Shown: positions 13,257-24,377, numbered from the stretch's first letter. The stretch: 64,000 bases of DNA from Sphyrna mokarran (GCA_024679065.1 JAGIQG010000024.1:40362001-40426000), one strand, 5' to 3'. Numbers and translations are program-made. The notes: generated from the letters alone by a model not told the origin.

Positions 13257-13320
13257 TGATGCAGCGGCCATGAGGCTTCCAGATCTTTCGGATGAAGTAA
13301 TCGACATAGAGGTCTCCAAG
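13257..13320 (+). CDS. OSCP1: OSCP1 penultimate coding exon
   Basis: ttctag|T GAT GCA...TCC AAG|gtgagt. Encodes DAAAMRLPDLSDEVIDIEVSK (cf. AALTRPEELSYEVINIQATQ). Phase 2/0 fits both neighbours. Confidence 0.85.
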
Positions 13321-13330
13321 GTGAGTAGAA

Positions 13331-16300
13331 CTCACCCTACTAGACTAGATTTGGTAGTAGGACCGTGGCTAGCTAAGTCAAGGAAGTAACTGAGGACGTC
13401 GGCAACAGGGCTTCTGATGGTGTTTGTGGCAGATGAACCCAAAGAGTCAATGGTACAGTCACCTTGATGGCATGTGGAAGAACCAGAGTGCTGGTCAACG
13501 GATGAATCATTAGACTAGTTGTCACTGCGGGGCAGCTTTCTTATCCGCTAAGTATGTTATACTTCTGTGTACCACTTAGCATCAGATTTGGAAGCCCAGA
13601 GAGACTGTATGGTGGGGGCACGACACTGTCTGTCTTATTACTGTGCAAGGCGTGTTGGAAGTAAAGTTCCTGGATGACATTGAAAGCCCTATGGCGATGG
13701 AGTTAATGTGACGGCAGCAGGCTTGAGGAGCTGGAAGCTGCTAACATGAACTCTGCACATAGGCGGCTCACACAAGAAGGTCGCTACCTTGTTGAGTTTT
13801 CTGAGCAACAACAAGGTTGAGGCAGCTATGTGAGTGTCCGGGCAGCCCTTTTTAGGGACAGCACTGCCCGCCCTGGAAGGGTGGGGTAAAGAAAGCTTGT
13901 TCAGATTTCTCCTGGCTGGCTTACCGCAGCCAGCGGGTCTTCACCAAAGTGGTAAGAAATCAAAGAAGGTAAAACTGACTGTTGGCACATGGAATGTGAG
14001 AACAATGCTAGATAATGAATCAAGGCCAGAAAGGCGAACTGCTCTGATAGCTAAGGAATTGGCAAGATACAACATTGATATTGCTGTGCTCCAAGAAACA
14101 AGGATTGAAGGACAAGGACGGATTCAAGAAAATACTCACACCTTCTGGATTGGAAAAACAGACGAAAGGAGAGATGCAGGTGTGGCCTTTGCCATTACCA
14201 ACAAAATTGCTAGCAAACTGCCAATACTTCCAATAGGAATATCTGAAAGGCTTATGAGACTACATGTTCCCATCAAAAAGGATCGTTTCCTGAGCTTGAT
14301 CAATGTATATGCACCAACTATGGCATACTCTGACAAAGACAAGGAGTCCTTCTATCAAGAACTGGCTGAAGTAACTGAATATGTTCCTAAGACAGATAAG
14401 TTGCTCATCTTGGGAGATTTCAATGCCAGGGTAGGCAATGATCATAATACTTATGAAGGCATCATAGGAAAATTTGGTAAAGGCAAAAAGAACACCAATG
14501 GTGACCTTATGCTAAACTTTTGTGCGCAGAGGGAATTATGTGTTCCGACACTTTCTTTTGTCAGCCGGAGAAGAATTACTTCACTTGGATGCACCCTAGG
14601 TCAAAGCATCTCCATCTGCTTGACTACATTGTGACCCGCAGAGCAGATATGCTGGAGTTTCTATCAACAAAAGCAATGCGTGGAGCAGAATGCTCAACTG
14701 ATCACTACATGGTACAATCGCAAATTAGACTGAAATTGGTACTGCCAAGGCGAAAAACACCCAGTGACGTACCCAAGAAATTGGATGTCAACAAGTTGGC
14801 AAAGGAGGAACATCAGAGGAGACTTGTCGCAGCTATGACACTATCTCTCCAAAAAGGTAAAGAACCTCTCAATGACCCAGCAAACATTGAAGAATGCTGG
14901 AAGCAGCTTAAGGAAACCATTCATTCAACTGCAAGTAAGGTCCTCGGTCACCCTAAGAGAAAAACTCCTGACTAGTTTCAAGAACAAAATGAATCAATTC
15001 AAGAACTGCTGGAGTTGAAGCACAAGCTTTACATGTGTCACTTGAAAGAGAACTCTGAAACATTGTTCTCTGAAAGAAGCAGTGCGGCATTTAAGGCCGT
15101 GAAAGCCAAAGTTCAAAAGGAGATCAGGGCTATGAAGAACAAGTGGTGGAATAAGAAAGCAGAAGAACTGCAAACAATGTCAGACAGGAAAGATTCCCAT
15201 GGGCTCTTTTCAGGACTGAAAGCTATCTATGGTCCAAGAAGTAACACAATGGCTCCTGTGAAAACTGCAGATGGGAGCAAACTATGCACTAACAAGAAAG
15301 ACATCATTGAGCGATGGAAGGAGCACTTTTGTTACCTTCTAAACCAGCAAGGTGCGGTTGATCGCAAAGCATGTCAGGGGCTCACAACTAGACCAGTAAA
15401 AGAGCAGCTAAATGGAAACATCACGATGATGGAACTTGATAAAGCTCTAAAAGATACCAGAAGTGGTAAGGCACCCGGGCAAGACGGTATTCCATCAGAT
15501 GTACTGAAACAAGGTGGTCCTGCTCTGAAAAGTGAACTGCTAAACATATACAATGCTTGTTGGCAAAACCAATGCCTCCCTCAGGACTACAAAGATGCAT
15601 TGATTGTCACAATCTATAAGAAGAAAGGCAACCGAAGTGAGTGCAAAAACCACCGAGGCATCGCGCTTCTTTCCGTAGCTGGCAAGATTATGGCGAAGAT
15701 CCTGCTCAATCGACTCAAAATTATTTCAGAAAATGTCCTCCCTGAGAACCAATGTGGCTTTAGGATTGGAAGAGCAACTACAGATATGATTTTTACCTTG
15801 AGGCAACTCCAGGAGAAGGCGGCAGAACAGCAACAACCATTGAATATTGCCTTTGTCGATTTTTCACAAGCATTCGATACGGTGGATAGAGAAACCCTCT
15901 GGAGAGTGCTCAAAATTTATGGATGTCCAGATAGACTGCTCAAGATGATCAAACTATTTCATGAGAATATGTATGGCAAAGTAACTATTGAAGGAGATAT
16001 CAGCGAAGCCTTCAGCATCAACCACAGGGTAAAGCAGGGATGCGTACTTGCTCCAACTTTGTTCACGCTATATCTTGCTGCAGTATTGGAAACAATGGGC
16101 CAAAATCTGGACAAAGGTGTGTACGTTAGGACTCGCTCAGATGGAAAATTGTTCAACCTCTCAAGACTCAAAGCCTCAACCAAGATGAGAAAGGTATGTG
16201 TCAGAGAACTTCTGTATGCAGATGATTTAGCCCTCGTTGCCACTGATCCAAATGTGATTCAAGAAATTGTAGACCACTTCTCATCTGCTGCCACTCTTTG

Positions 16301-17195
16301 GCCTAAGAATCAATGCCTCCAAAACTGAACTCCTGTACCAGCCTCCGCCTCTGTGTAATGAAACCCAATCACCAGTCATGAAGATAAGTGGGCTAGCGCT
16401 GAAAAACACTGAGTCCTTCACTTACTTAGGAAGCGCTGTAACCAGCACCAACTTATCGGACCTGGAAATAGAAAGGAGGATTCAATCAGCAACAAAAGCT
16501 TTTGGTGCCTTGCAGAAGCGACTTTGGTCCTGCCATGACATTAAAATGTCAACCAAGGTCAAAGTGTATAATACAGCCGTTCTACCATCTCTATTCAACA
16601 GAAACGATGACATTGTACCGGAAGCATATCAAGAAACTAACCAAGATACAACTCAGACACTTGTGACAAATATTAAACATCAATTGGCAAGAGATGGTTC
16701 CTGATGTGGAGGTATTCAAACGAGCTGGAACGGTCAGCGCAGAATCGCTCATCACAGCCTCTCAGTTGCGGTGGACTGGCCATGTCATAAGAATGAGCGA
16801 CGATCGTTTGCCAAAAGCCGTCTTTTATGGCGAGCTACATGAAGGAAATAGAAAACATGGTGGACAGAAGCTGTGTTACAAAGATGTGCTCAAGCGCCAT
16901 ATGAAGAACACTAACATGGATGTCAACACCTGGGAGAAGGATGCTTTGGACAGAAGAAGTTGGCAATGCATTGTCAAGAAGACAATCCCACTCATCGAGG
17001 GAAAAAAGGCAGGAAAAATACGAAGCAGACCATGAACGCAGACATTTTGTTACAAATCAGACAAATCACAGTTGCCACCGATATGGGAGACAATGCCGAT
17101 CCAATGCAGGCCTTATAACACACCAACGTGCCTGCAGAATCTAAACTTCCAACACAGTCAACATCGAAATCGATGGACGCCAAAGGAAGGAAGAA
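13331..17195 (+). mobile_element. Near full-length RTE-clade LINE (APE endonuclease + RT + C-terminal Zn motif), disabled
   Basis: TVGTWNVRTM, LQETR, INVYAPT, LGDFNARVG, STDH (endonuclease); QCGFR, FVDFSQAFDTV, KQGCVLAPTLF, LYADD (RT); QLRWTGHVIRM, CRSNAGLITHQRAC. Several frameshifts and a TAG at 14973. Ends in a gaaggaagaa tail. Confidence 0.93.
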
Positions 17196-17518
17196 TATCA
17201 CTGGATCACTGTTTGCAACAACTGCACCTTGCTCTTTAATCAATGTACTTCCTGAATCAATAAAGATTTTAATACCAGCAGCCTTTTGTTAATTCAGCTG
17301 GATGGGCACCTGGGCCACTTCAAAGATGCAGGTGGTGGAAAAGGTGTTACAGTCCTGTCTCGTGCCCATGCACACTCTCACCAGAGTGGGTCACTGGACA
17401 GCACTAGAGGAGAGCTCCGCTGCTTTATTACCTATAGTGACAGTGCAGTCAGTTGTCATTGCTCCTCTAACTGGCTGAGAAGGTCTGATATATATCTTCT
17501 CTCTGTCTCTCTCTGCAG

Positions 17519-17635
17519 GACCAGCAGCAGCATGAAGAGTTGGCACGAATAATGGGAGAGTTCTGCGTCCAGGAGCAGCCCAGGCACAGTCGCAGTAAAG
17601 GGGATGATCTTCTGGCCATGATGGATGACTTGTGA
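17519..17635 (+). CDS. OSCP1: OSCP1 last coding exon to stop codon
   Basis: Polypyrimidine ctctgcag|GAC CAG...GAC TTG TGA. Encodes DQQQHEELARIMGEFCVQEQPRHSRSKGDDLLAMMDDL*, matching the OSCP1 C-terminus (EELARIMGEF...SKGDDLLAMMDEL). Confidence 0.95.
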   Translation, partial: DQQQHEELARIMGEFCVQEQPRHSRSKGDDLLAMMDDL

Positions 17636-18113
17636 ACTCTCCCAGTCAACAGTGAAGTTTCTTCCCCATGACTTATATTGGCACAACATCTGTGGCTGAG
17701 TCACTAGCTTTTAACTCCCCGACCAAGTTATATATGTTTATGGACTCACTCAGTTCCTGTCCCAAGAGCTGAATTCGCATTCTGTACAATTTTGTGCACC
17801 TTGGCACTGTTTCATCCAGTTAGATTCACTATCCATAGTACATACTAAACCAGTCAGAATGTGATTATATTCACCAACATTTATGATTGTCAACACCTGG
17901 ATTGTGGTTTGGAAAGTAATGGGCAGTGGAGGAGACAGAGGCTTTGGCTCAGCTGTGAATTTCTCCATATCTACAAACAGAAGGCAGATTTGTACAGGAT
18001 GCAAGTGTCTTTTTTGAATATGCATTTATGAAAATCAAATCTCACCAGGTAAAACAGACTCTGGCCTATTAATCGCCAAAGAGTGGGGACAGTAAAAGGT
18101 GAAAATGATACAT

Positions 18114-18424
18114 ATGTTGCCTCTCAGCACCAGGATCTGAGTTTGGTTCCAGCCTTGGGTGATTGTTTGATGTTCTCCCGGTGTCTCTGTGGATTTCCTC
18201 CGAGTGCTCCAGTTTCTTTCCATGGTCCAAAGACGTGCAGGTTAGGTTGATTGGCCATGCTAAATTGCCTTCTAGCATCCAAAGATGTATAGGTTAGAGG
18301 TAAATGTGCAGGGTTACAGGGATAGAGAAGAGGGGAGGGCCTGATTAGAATACTCTTTCAACAAGTCAATCCAGACTCAATGGGCTGAATGGCCTCTTTC
18401 TGAATTGTAGCACGGTGGTTCTAT
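18114..18424 (+). mobile_element. HE1/V-SINE-like SINE (CR1-type tail)
   Basis: V-like core gttctcccggtgtctctgtggatttcctccgagtgctccagtttc and gggctgaatggcct tail. Confidence 0.8.
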
Positions 18425-18867
18425 TGATAAGCATTTCATGTCATTGAAACAGTCAGCGTGGGTTATACTTGGGTCACAATATGCAATAGTCAATGACAGT
18501 AGCGTCACTGTGTCATGCTATGAAACCCTGATTTTGTGTGTGTGAGAGAGAGAGAGAGAGAGATACCTGACGTTAAAGTACGCGATAGTGGGGTCACTGG
18601 GTCACCTTACAAATCCTTGTCAGCAGTTATATGAAAACCTGCCAATCTTGTTCAGATTTGTACAATTTATCTAATCAAACAGCCACAAATCTTGTTTCTA
18701 GTTTTAATGTTAAAGGCAGAGCTGGTGTCAGGATTTTGACCTCTGCACCTAGAATTTCTAAAAGGTCAATTATTAATTGCCATTACATGTTATTATGTAA
18801 CTTTAAACAACTTTATTAAAATATTATAACCAAATTGAGTGTCAGCATTAATTTGTACTTAACATAC

Positions 18868-19318
18868 CTGATTCTCAGGATAAAGAGATTGAAGTATGAG
18901 GAGAGCTTAAACAGTTTGAGCTTATACTCACTGGAGTCTAGAAGGATGAGAGAGGATTTGATTGAGGTACATAAAATTTTAAAAGTGATTGATAAAGTAA
19001 ATGTAGACCAAATGTTTCCCCTTATGGTACAATCTTGAACAAGACGTCACAGGTCTAGGTTGTGAAGTGGTAGATTTGGAACTACTGGTGGATAGGATGA
19101 ATTTGTGGAACTCGCTGCATTGTAGTGCAGTGAAATGTGAATCGATGAATGGTTTCAAGAGGGAGATTTCTAATAAAAAGAGGGATATTGGGGAAGGTGA
19201 GGGGGAGGGCAATGGATTTGAGACTAGGAAAGAGATTAGCCATGATCCAATTGAATGGTGGAGCAGACTCGAGAACTGAATTTGCCTACTTCTGCTCCTA
19301 ATTTCGACATTCCTATTC
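18868..19318 (+). mobile_element. CR1 3' fragment
   Basis: LKYEESLNSLSLYSLESRRMREDLIEVHKILK, followed by the CR1 3' UTR. Confidence 0.85.
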
Positions 19319-19322
19319 CTGT

Positions 19323-19597
19323 TTGTATCACTGCCACCTCAGTGTCAAAGATCCAGATTTGATTCCCAGCTTGGGTCTTTGTCTGTGCTCAGTCTGCACA
19401 TTCTATCCATGTCTGTGTGGATTTCCTCCAGGTGCTCTGATTTCCTCAAACAGTCTAAAAGACGTGCTGGTTAGGTGCATTGGCCTTACTAAATTCTCCC
19501 TCGTTGTACCTGAACAGGCACCGGAGTGTGGTGACTAGGGGATTTTCATTGCAGTGTTAATAATGTTAATAATATTTGTGACACTAATAATTACACT
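19323..19597 (+). mobile_element. V-SINE-like SINE with alternative tail (type B)
   Basis: Same head and core as HE1-like copies but ends gactaggggattttcattgcagtgttaa...tgtgacactaataa. Confidence 0.75.
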
Positions 19598-20285
19598 TTA
19601 TTCTCAGTTTGTTAGACGTATTCTAAAATTTGAGGTATAATATTTTCATCCCATACAATTCTGATTTTCTATCTTGGATTTTTGACTGGCTCTGATTAAT
19701 CTTGTATTTACTTCACTTGCTGAAATAATTTATTTCAATATCTTAATTGTTTCAATATTACCTTTTTAATATTCACTCTCCATTAGCACTTTTTCCTCCC
19801 TTGCTTTTGTCAAGTGGCCTGAGAATGGTATAACTGGGCCATAGAGAGGGAATCGTGTAAAATTACATTTCATAAATTAAACAGAAAAAGAGCAGGGTAG
19901 TGATGTGAGAAAAGATAGGAAGAGACAGTGCAAACATAATGGTCTTAAAGAAAGACAACTAAAGGTTTGATATCTAAATGCACACAGCATTCATTACAAA
20001 ATGATGGTTGAATTTACAGCACAAATTTACTTCAATCCCTCTGAATCTCAGAGCTCTGCAATCTTTTGGCATTTAGACAATAAGCTTATTTTTCATTCTT
20101 CCTAACAACATGGACAATTTCACTTTTTCCCATATTAATATTCCATGTGCCAGATGTTTGCCTACTTACTTAATCAATAATAACTTAATAATTTTCAACT
20201 TTAAATGTCAAGAAACAAGTAGGAAGGAAATGGATTTCTCGATAGGTATTAACCAACAGCATGAGCAGTGGGTTTGAAGTCTATT

Positions 20286-20590
20286 TCATTTATTGCCTAT
20301 CCCTAGTTGCCTTGAAGAGAGTCAACCATGTTGCTGTGGTTCTGGAGTCACATATAGGCCAGATGAAGCAAGGACACCAGATTTCCTTCTCTAAAGGACA
20401 TTAGTGAACCAAATTGAGTTTTCTGACGATCCAAAATGGTTTCATGGACATCAGACTCTTTAATTCCAAATATTTTTTATTGAATTCAAATTCCACCATT
20501 TGTCATGATGGGATTCAAACTCAGGTCCCCAGAATGTTAGACTATTAGTACAGAAACTCAGCTATCAATAATAATAGCGCATCAGTTCCT
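20286..20590 (-). mobile_element. tRNA-derived SINE, second family (tail shared with the L2/CR1-group LINE)
   Basis: Reverse-complement B-box-like gggattcaaactc, body gatttccttctctaaaggacattagtgaacc, tail ttattgcctatccctagttgcc. Partial copies near 25490-25680 and 50205-50335. Confidence 0.7.
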
Positions 20591-20742
20591 CCCTCTGTGT
20601 ATCTGCCATTTGAATTGAGTGCAGACAGTTTTCTCTGTGGTTCTACAATTTTGGTTAATAAGTTTTGCGGTCTGAATTCTGCTGGATGTGGGCCATGATC
20701 AAACCAAATTTGTTTTAGCATTAATTCAAGAGTGCAGAAAGT

Positions 20743-21042
20743 TTATTTATTAGTGTCACAAGTAGGCTTACATTAAAACTGCAATTAAATTACAATGAAA
20801 ATTCCATAGTCGCCACACTGAAGGTGAATTTAGCTTGGACAAAGTGTCTAAGCAGCACATCTTTCAGATCATGGAAGGAAACTACAGCAGCCAAAGGAAA
20901 CCCGTGTAGACACAGGGAGAATGTGCAGACTCCACAGAGACAGCAACTCAAGTTGGGAATTGAACTCAGGTCTCTGATATTGTGAGGCTGGAATTGAACT
21001 GGGTTTCTGGCACTGTGAGGCAGCAGTGCGAATCAGTGTGCC
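20743..21042 (-). mobile_element. V-SINE-like SINE, type B tail
   Basis: tttattagtgtcacaagtaggcttacattaa...cacagggagaatgtgcagactccacaga, with a locally duplicated B-box segment. Confidence 0.75.
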
Positions 21043-21100
21043 CTCTTAATGTCATATTAGAGTGTCCTAGAGATAGCAAAGGGATGGAGAAAAAAAAACA

Positions 21101-21243
21101 GAAAATCTCAGCAGGTCTGACAGCATCTCGCTGCCTCTCTCTTCTCCACCCAATAGCTCAGCTGTGACGGTCAACCTGCCTCGAAGCAATGGCTTTTTCT
21201 CTTCGCCAAAAATGCTATCAGTCCTGCTGAGGTTTTTCCAGCA
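21101..21243. repeat. Inverted-repeat element, same family as 11698-11839
   Basis: gaaaatctcagcaggtctgacagcat ... atgctatcagtcctgctgaggtttttcc arms. Confidence 0.65.
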
Positions 21244-21369
21244 GTTTCAGATTCCATATATATTGCTTTTATGTTAGAGATTCTCCACCCAGCAGTGATC
21301 ACCCTGAGGCAGGTTGAGCTGAGGGTTATATACAGTTCCCCCAACACTGACAGCAACAGCCACCTCCAG

Positions 21370-21600
21370 CCTGAGCCACGTGCAGACCTACTTCCGGGTG
21401 TGAACATCACTGCGCAACCGCGGCGCTTCGAGGAGCACGTGTTTCCGGTCTTGGCGGAAGTGGCCGTTACCTGGGAGACGGGGCCTGCTGAAACGGGCTG
21501 TCGGAGCGGGAGAGGTGGTGAGTGAGGCGGGCCCGGAACAGCGCTGCGATATCGGGGAGAGGATGTAATCCACACCCGGGAGAGGCCGTGCCCACCCCAG
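21370..21600 (+). promoter_or_regulatory. LSM10: CpG-rich housekeeping-type promoter and non-coding exon 1 of LSM10 (donor GTGAGT at 21518)
   Basis: Locally CpG-dense unique sequence. ETS/GABP-type motifs ACTTCCGG (21390), TTTCCGG (21442), CGGAAGT (21455); E-boxes CACGTG (21377, 21436); TGCGCA (21411); GTG|GTGAGT donor. Assignment to LSM10 inferred from position. Confidence 0.75.
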
Positions 21601-21652
21601 GAAAAGTCTGACAGCACCAATTTTAAATCAAACCGATTTATTTGATAGTAAA

Positions 21653-21691
21653 CTTGCAAGTTTTCGGCCTTTGTGACCTTCGTCAGGCGAA
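21653..21691 (-). ncRNA. Minimal hammerhead ribozyme motif (PLE), copy 1
   Basis: TTCGC-CTGACGA-A-GGTC(acaaa)GGCC-GAAA-AC-TT-GCAAG. Core intact; helix I and the helix III palindrome each carry one mismatch. Confidence 0.7.
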
Positions 21692-22306
21692 TGAGGTGTT
21701 CTGGTCTCCAAAAGCGCACATATCAGCACAGTTACAGATTGCTGATTGGAATGTGAATCCTTACACCTAACCTGCTATTCAAGTCTTAAAGTGGCTAACA
21801 GCAGAGGTTAGAGAATTGTGTATTTTTTCCAGACAGCACAGTAAGTGAGGTTTTTTGCTAACCCAGGCAAGTTACGGGGGTTACAGATAGTGTGTCATGA
21901 AGCCAAGATCCCTGTTAAGACCGTCCTCATGTGTGCGGAGCTTGGCTATCAGTCTCTGCTCAGCGACTCTGCGCTGTCGTGTGTCACGAAAGCCCCCTTG
22001 AAGAACATTTACCCGCAGGTCGGAGGCCGAATGCCCATGACTGCTGAAGTGTTCGCCCACAGGAAGGGAACTGTTTTGCCTGGTGATTGTCGAGCGATGT
22101 TCGTTCATCCGCTGTCGTAGTGTCTTCGTGGTCTCCCCAATGTACCATGCAGACCAACAGGGATCTTGAGTTCATGTCGCACTTTTACTCACATTGTTAG
22201 CCACTTTAAGACTTGAATAGCAGGTTAGGTGTAAAGATTCGCATTCTAATCAGTAAACTGTAAACTGTCTGCTGTTATATGTGCTGTTTGAGACCAGAAC
22301 ACCTGA

Positions 22307-22348
22307 TTCACCTGACAAAGAGGTTGAAACACCTCGAAAGCTTGTGAG
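22307..22348 (+). ncRNA. Minimal hammerhead ribozyme motif (PLE), copy 2, core mutated
   Basis: TTCAC-CTGACAA-A-GAGGT(tgaaac)ACCTC-GAAA-GC-TT-GTGAG. CUGANGA is changed to CUGACAA. Confidence 0.7.
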
Positions 22349-22444
22349 TTTACTATCAAATAAATCGGTTGGACCTAAACCTGGTGTTGTCAGACTTCTT
22401 ACTGTGTTAACCCCAGTCCAACGCCGGCATCTCTACATCACCCC

Positions 22445-23710
22445 AGGAGAGAGAGTGTGCACTCACTGTCCACCCGGGGGGGAGACACTGTGTCCACTCA
22501 CTGTCCATCCCAGGGGAAGACAGTGTGTCCACTCACTATCCACCTCATGGGGTAGACACTGTGTCCACTCGCTGTCCAGCCTGGGGGTAGACACTGTGTC
22601 CACTCGCTGTCCAGCCTGGGGGTAGACACTGTGTCCACTCGCTGTCCAGCCTGGGGGTAGACACTGTGTCCACTCGCTGTCCAGCCTGGGGGTAGACACT
22701 GTGTCCACTCGCTGTCCAGCCTGGGGGTAGACACTGTGTCCACTCGCTGTCCAGCCTGGGGGTAGACACTGTGTCCACTCGCTGTCCAGCCTGGGGTAGA
22801 CACTGTGCCACTCGCTGTCCAGCCTGGTAGACACTGTGTCCACTCGCTGTCCAGCCTGGGGGTAGACACTGTGTCCACTCGCTGTCCAGCCTGGGGGTAG
22901 ACACTGTGTCCACTCGCTGTCCAGCCTGGGGGTAGACACTGTGTCCACTCGCTGTCCAGCCTGGGGGTAGACACTGTGTCCACTCGCTGTCCAGCCTGGG
23001 GGTAGACACTGTGTCCACTCGCTGTCCAGCCTGGGGGTAGACACTGTGTCCACTCGCTGTCCAGCCTAGGAGGGGTAGACACTATCTACTCACTGTCTAC
23101 TCTGGGGGTAGACACTGTGTCCACTCGCTGTCCAGCCTGGGGGTAGACACTGTGTCCACTCGCTGTCCAGCCTAGGAGGGGTAGACACTATCTACTCACT
23201 GTCTACTCTGGGGGTAGACACTGTGTCCACTCGCTGTCCAGCCTGGGGGTAGACACTGTGTCCACTCGCTGTCCAGCCTGGGGGTAGACACTGTGTCTAC
23301 TCGCTGTCCAGCCTAGGAGGGGTAGACACTATCTACTCACTGTCTACTCTGGGGGTACACACTGTGTCCACTCACTGTCCATCCTGGGGAGGTAGACACT
23401 ATCTACTCACTGTCCAGCCTGGGGGTAAACATTGTATCTACTCACTGTCCACTCCAGGGAGACACTTTGTCCGCTCACTGTCCACCCCAGGGGGGCACTT
23501 TGTCCGCTCACTACCCACCCCAGGGGGGCACTTTGTCCGCTCACTGCCCACCCCAGGGGGACACTTTGTCCGCTCACTGCCCACCCCAGGGGGCGACATT
23601 GTGTCCACTCTGTCTGCACAGAGGGGGGGAGACACTGTCCACTCATTGTCTGCCCGGGGGTGGGGGGCACTTTTATTCACTGTCCACCCTGGGGAGAGAT
23701 ACTGTCTTCA
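22445..23710. repeat. 35-bp minisatellite in LSM10 intron 1
   Basis: Unit GGGGGTAGACACTGTGTCCACTCGCTGTCCAGCCT, near-perfect over ~22551-23066, with variant and degenerate units on the flanks. Confidence 0.97.
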
Positions 23711-24011
23711 CTCAATGTCCATCATACAGGATGTGAGTGACCTAGCTCTGACTATTCACAAAGCTCAGTTTGGGTTTGAGGCTGACTCATTACAGCCTCT
23801 GTGAAACATGGAGCACAGGGCTGAGTTCAGCGGGTGAGGTATAAGTTCTGCATTTGATATCAGTGAGCCCTGGTCGAGTGGACGTCGATGGGAATCACTA
23901 TCCACATGATCTATTTCTTTTTCCTTTTAGATGCTGTTGCAGTTCTATCAGTGAACACATTTGAGTTGGTCTAGCTACTGTTATCAACTGATTGCTCAGT
24001 GAGTGAGCATC

Positions 24012-24377
24012 ATGTCGCTGAGTCACTCTATTAAAGAACGGACAATTGCAGAGAACAGCCTCATCATTCTTCTCCAGGGAATGCATGGCCACATCACCAC
24101 TGTAGACCTCAGGGATGAGAGCTCTGTCAGGGGGTGTTTTGTTAACGTTGATGCCTTCATGAATATCCGGCTATCTGACGTGACCTACACTGACAGGTGG
24201 GGCAGAGTGTCTCAGCTGGACAACTTCTTTGTGACTGGCAGAAATGTACGTTACGTTCACATCCCAGACGAGATCAATATCATTAAAACCATCCAGAGTC
24301 AATTGGAGAAAATCCACCGAGTACGCAACTTTGGGGGGAAAGATCGAGGCAGAAGAGAGTTCCCATCAAGAAAGTAA
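24012..24377 (+). CDS. LSM10: U7 snRNA-associated Sm-like protein LSm10 (121 aa, single coding exon; acceptor at 23930/23931)
   Basis: [23 protein letters not shown]...TTVDLRDES...[18 protein letters not shown]...[14 protein letters not shown]...HRVRNFGGK matches LSM10. The OSCP1-LSM10 order is conserved as in human. Confidence 0.97.
   Translation: MSLSHSIKERTIAENSLIILLQGMHGHITTVDLRDESSVRGCFVNVDAFMNIRLSDVTYTDRWGRVSQLDNFFVTGRNVRYVHIPDEINIIKTIQSQLEKIHRVRNFGGKDRGRREFPSRK

Larger units (their letters stand above)
21601..22440 (-). mobile_element. Penelope-like element 3' end (GIY-YIG C-terminus) with inverted pseudo-LTR
   Basis: ORF 21881-22108(-) MNEHRSTI...PVGEHFSSHGHSASDLRV...EQRLIAKLRTHEDGLNRD is the PLE GIY-YIG tail. 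21601-21810 and 22195-22400 are inverted repeats. Confidence 0.9.

Noticed and set aside
13389-13420. CTGAGGA in the RTE 5' UTR as a hammerhead core
   Set aside because: No helix II closed by GAAA follows.
21171-21719. 182-aa minus-strand ORF over the CpG-rich region
   Set aside because: No recognisable domain; it starts inside the PLE and is explained by GC-rich stop depletion.
22463-23082. Long repetitive ORFs (157-196 aa) on the minus strand; superficially CRISPR-like array
   Set aside because: They arise from a stop-free 35-bp tandem unit. There are no unique spacers or cas genes, and the context is eukaryotic.
24130-24145. LSm10 has GCF where human has GRI in the Sm1 region
   Set aside because: Two substitutions in an otherwise intact ORF; not interpretable without an alignment.
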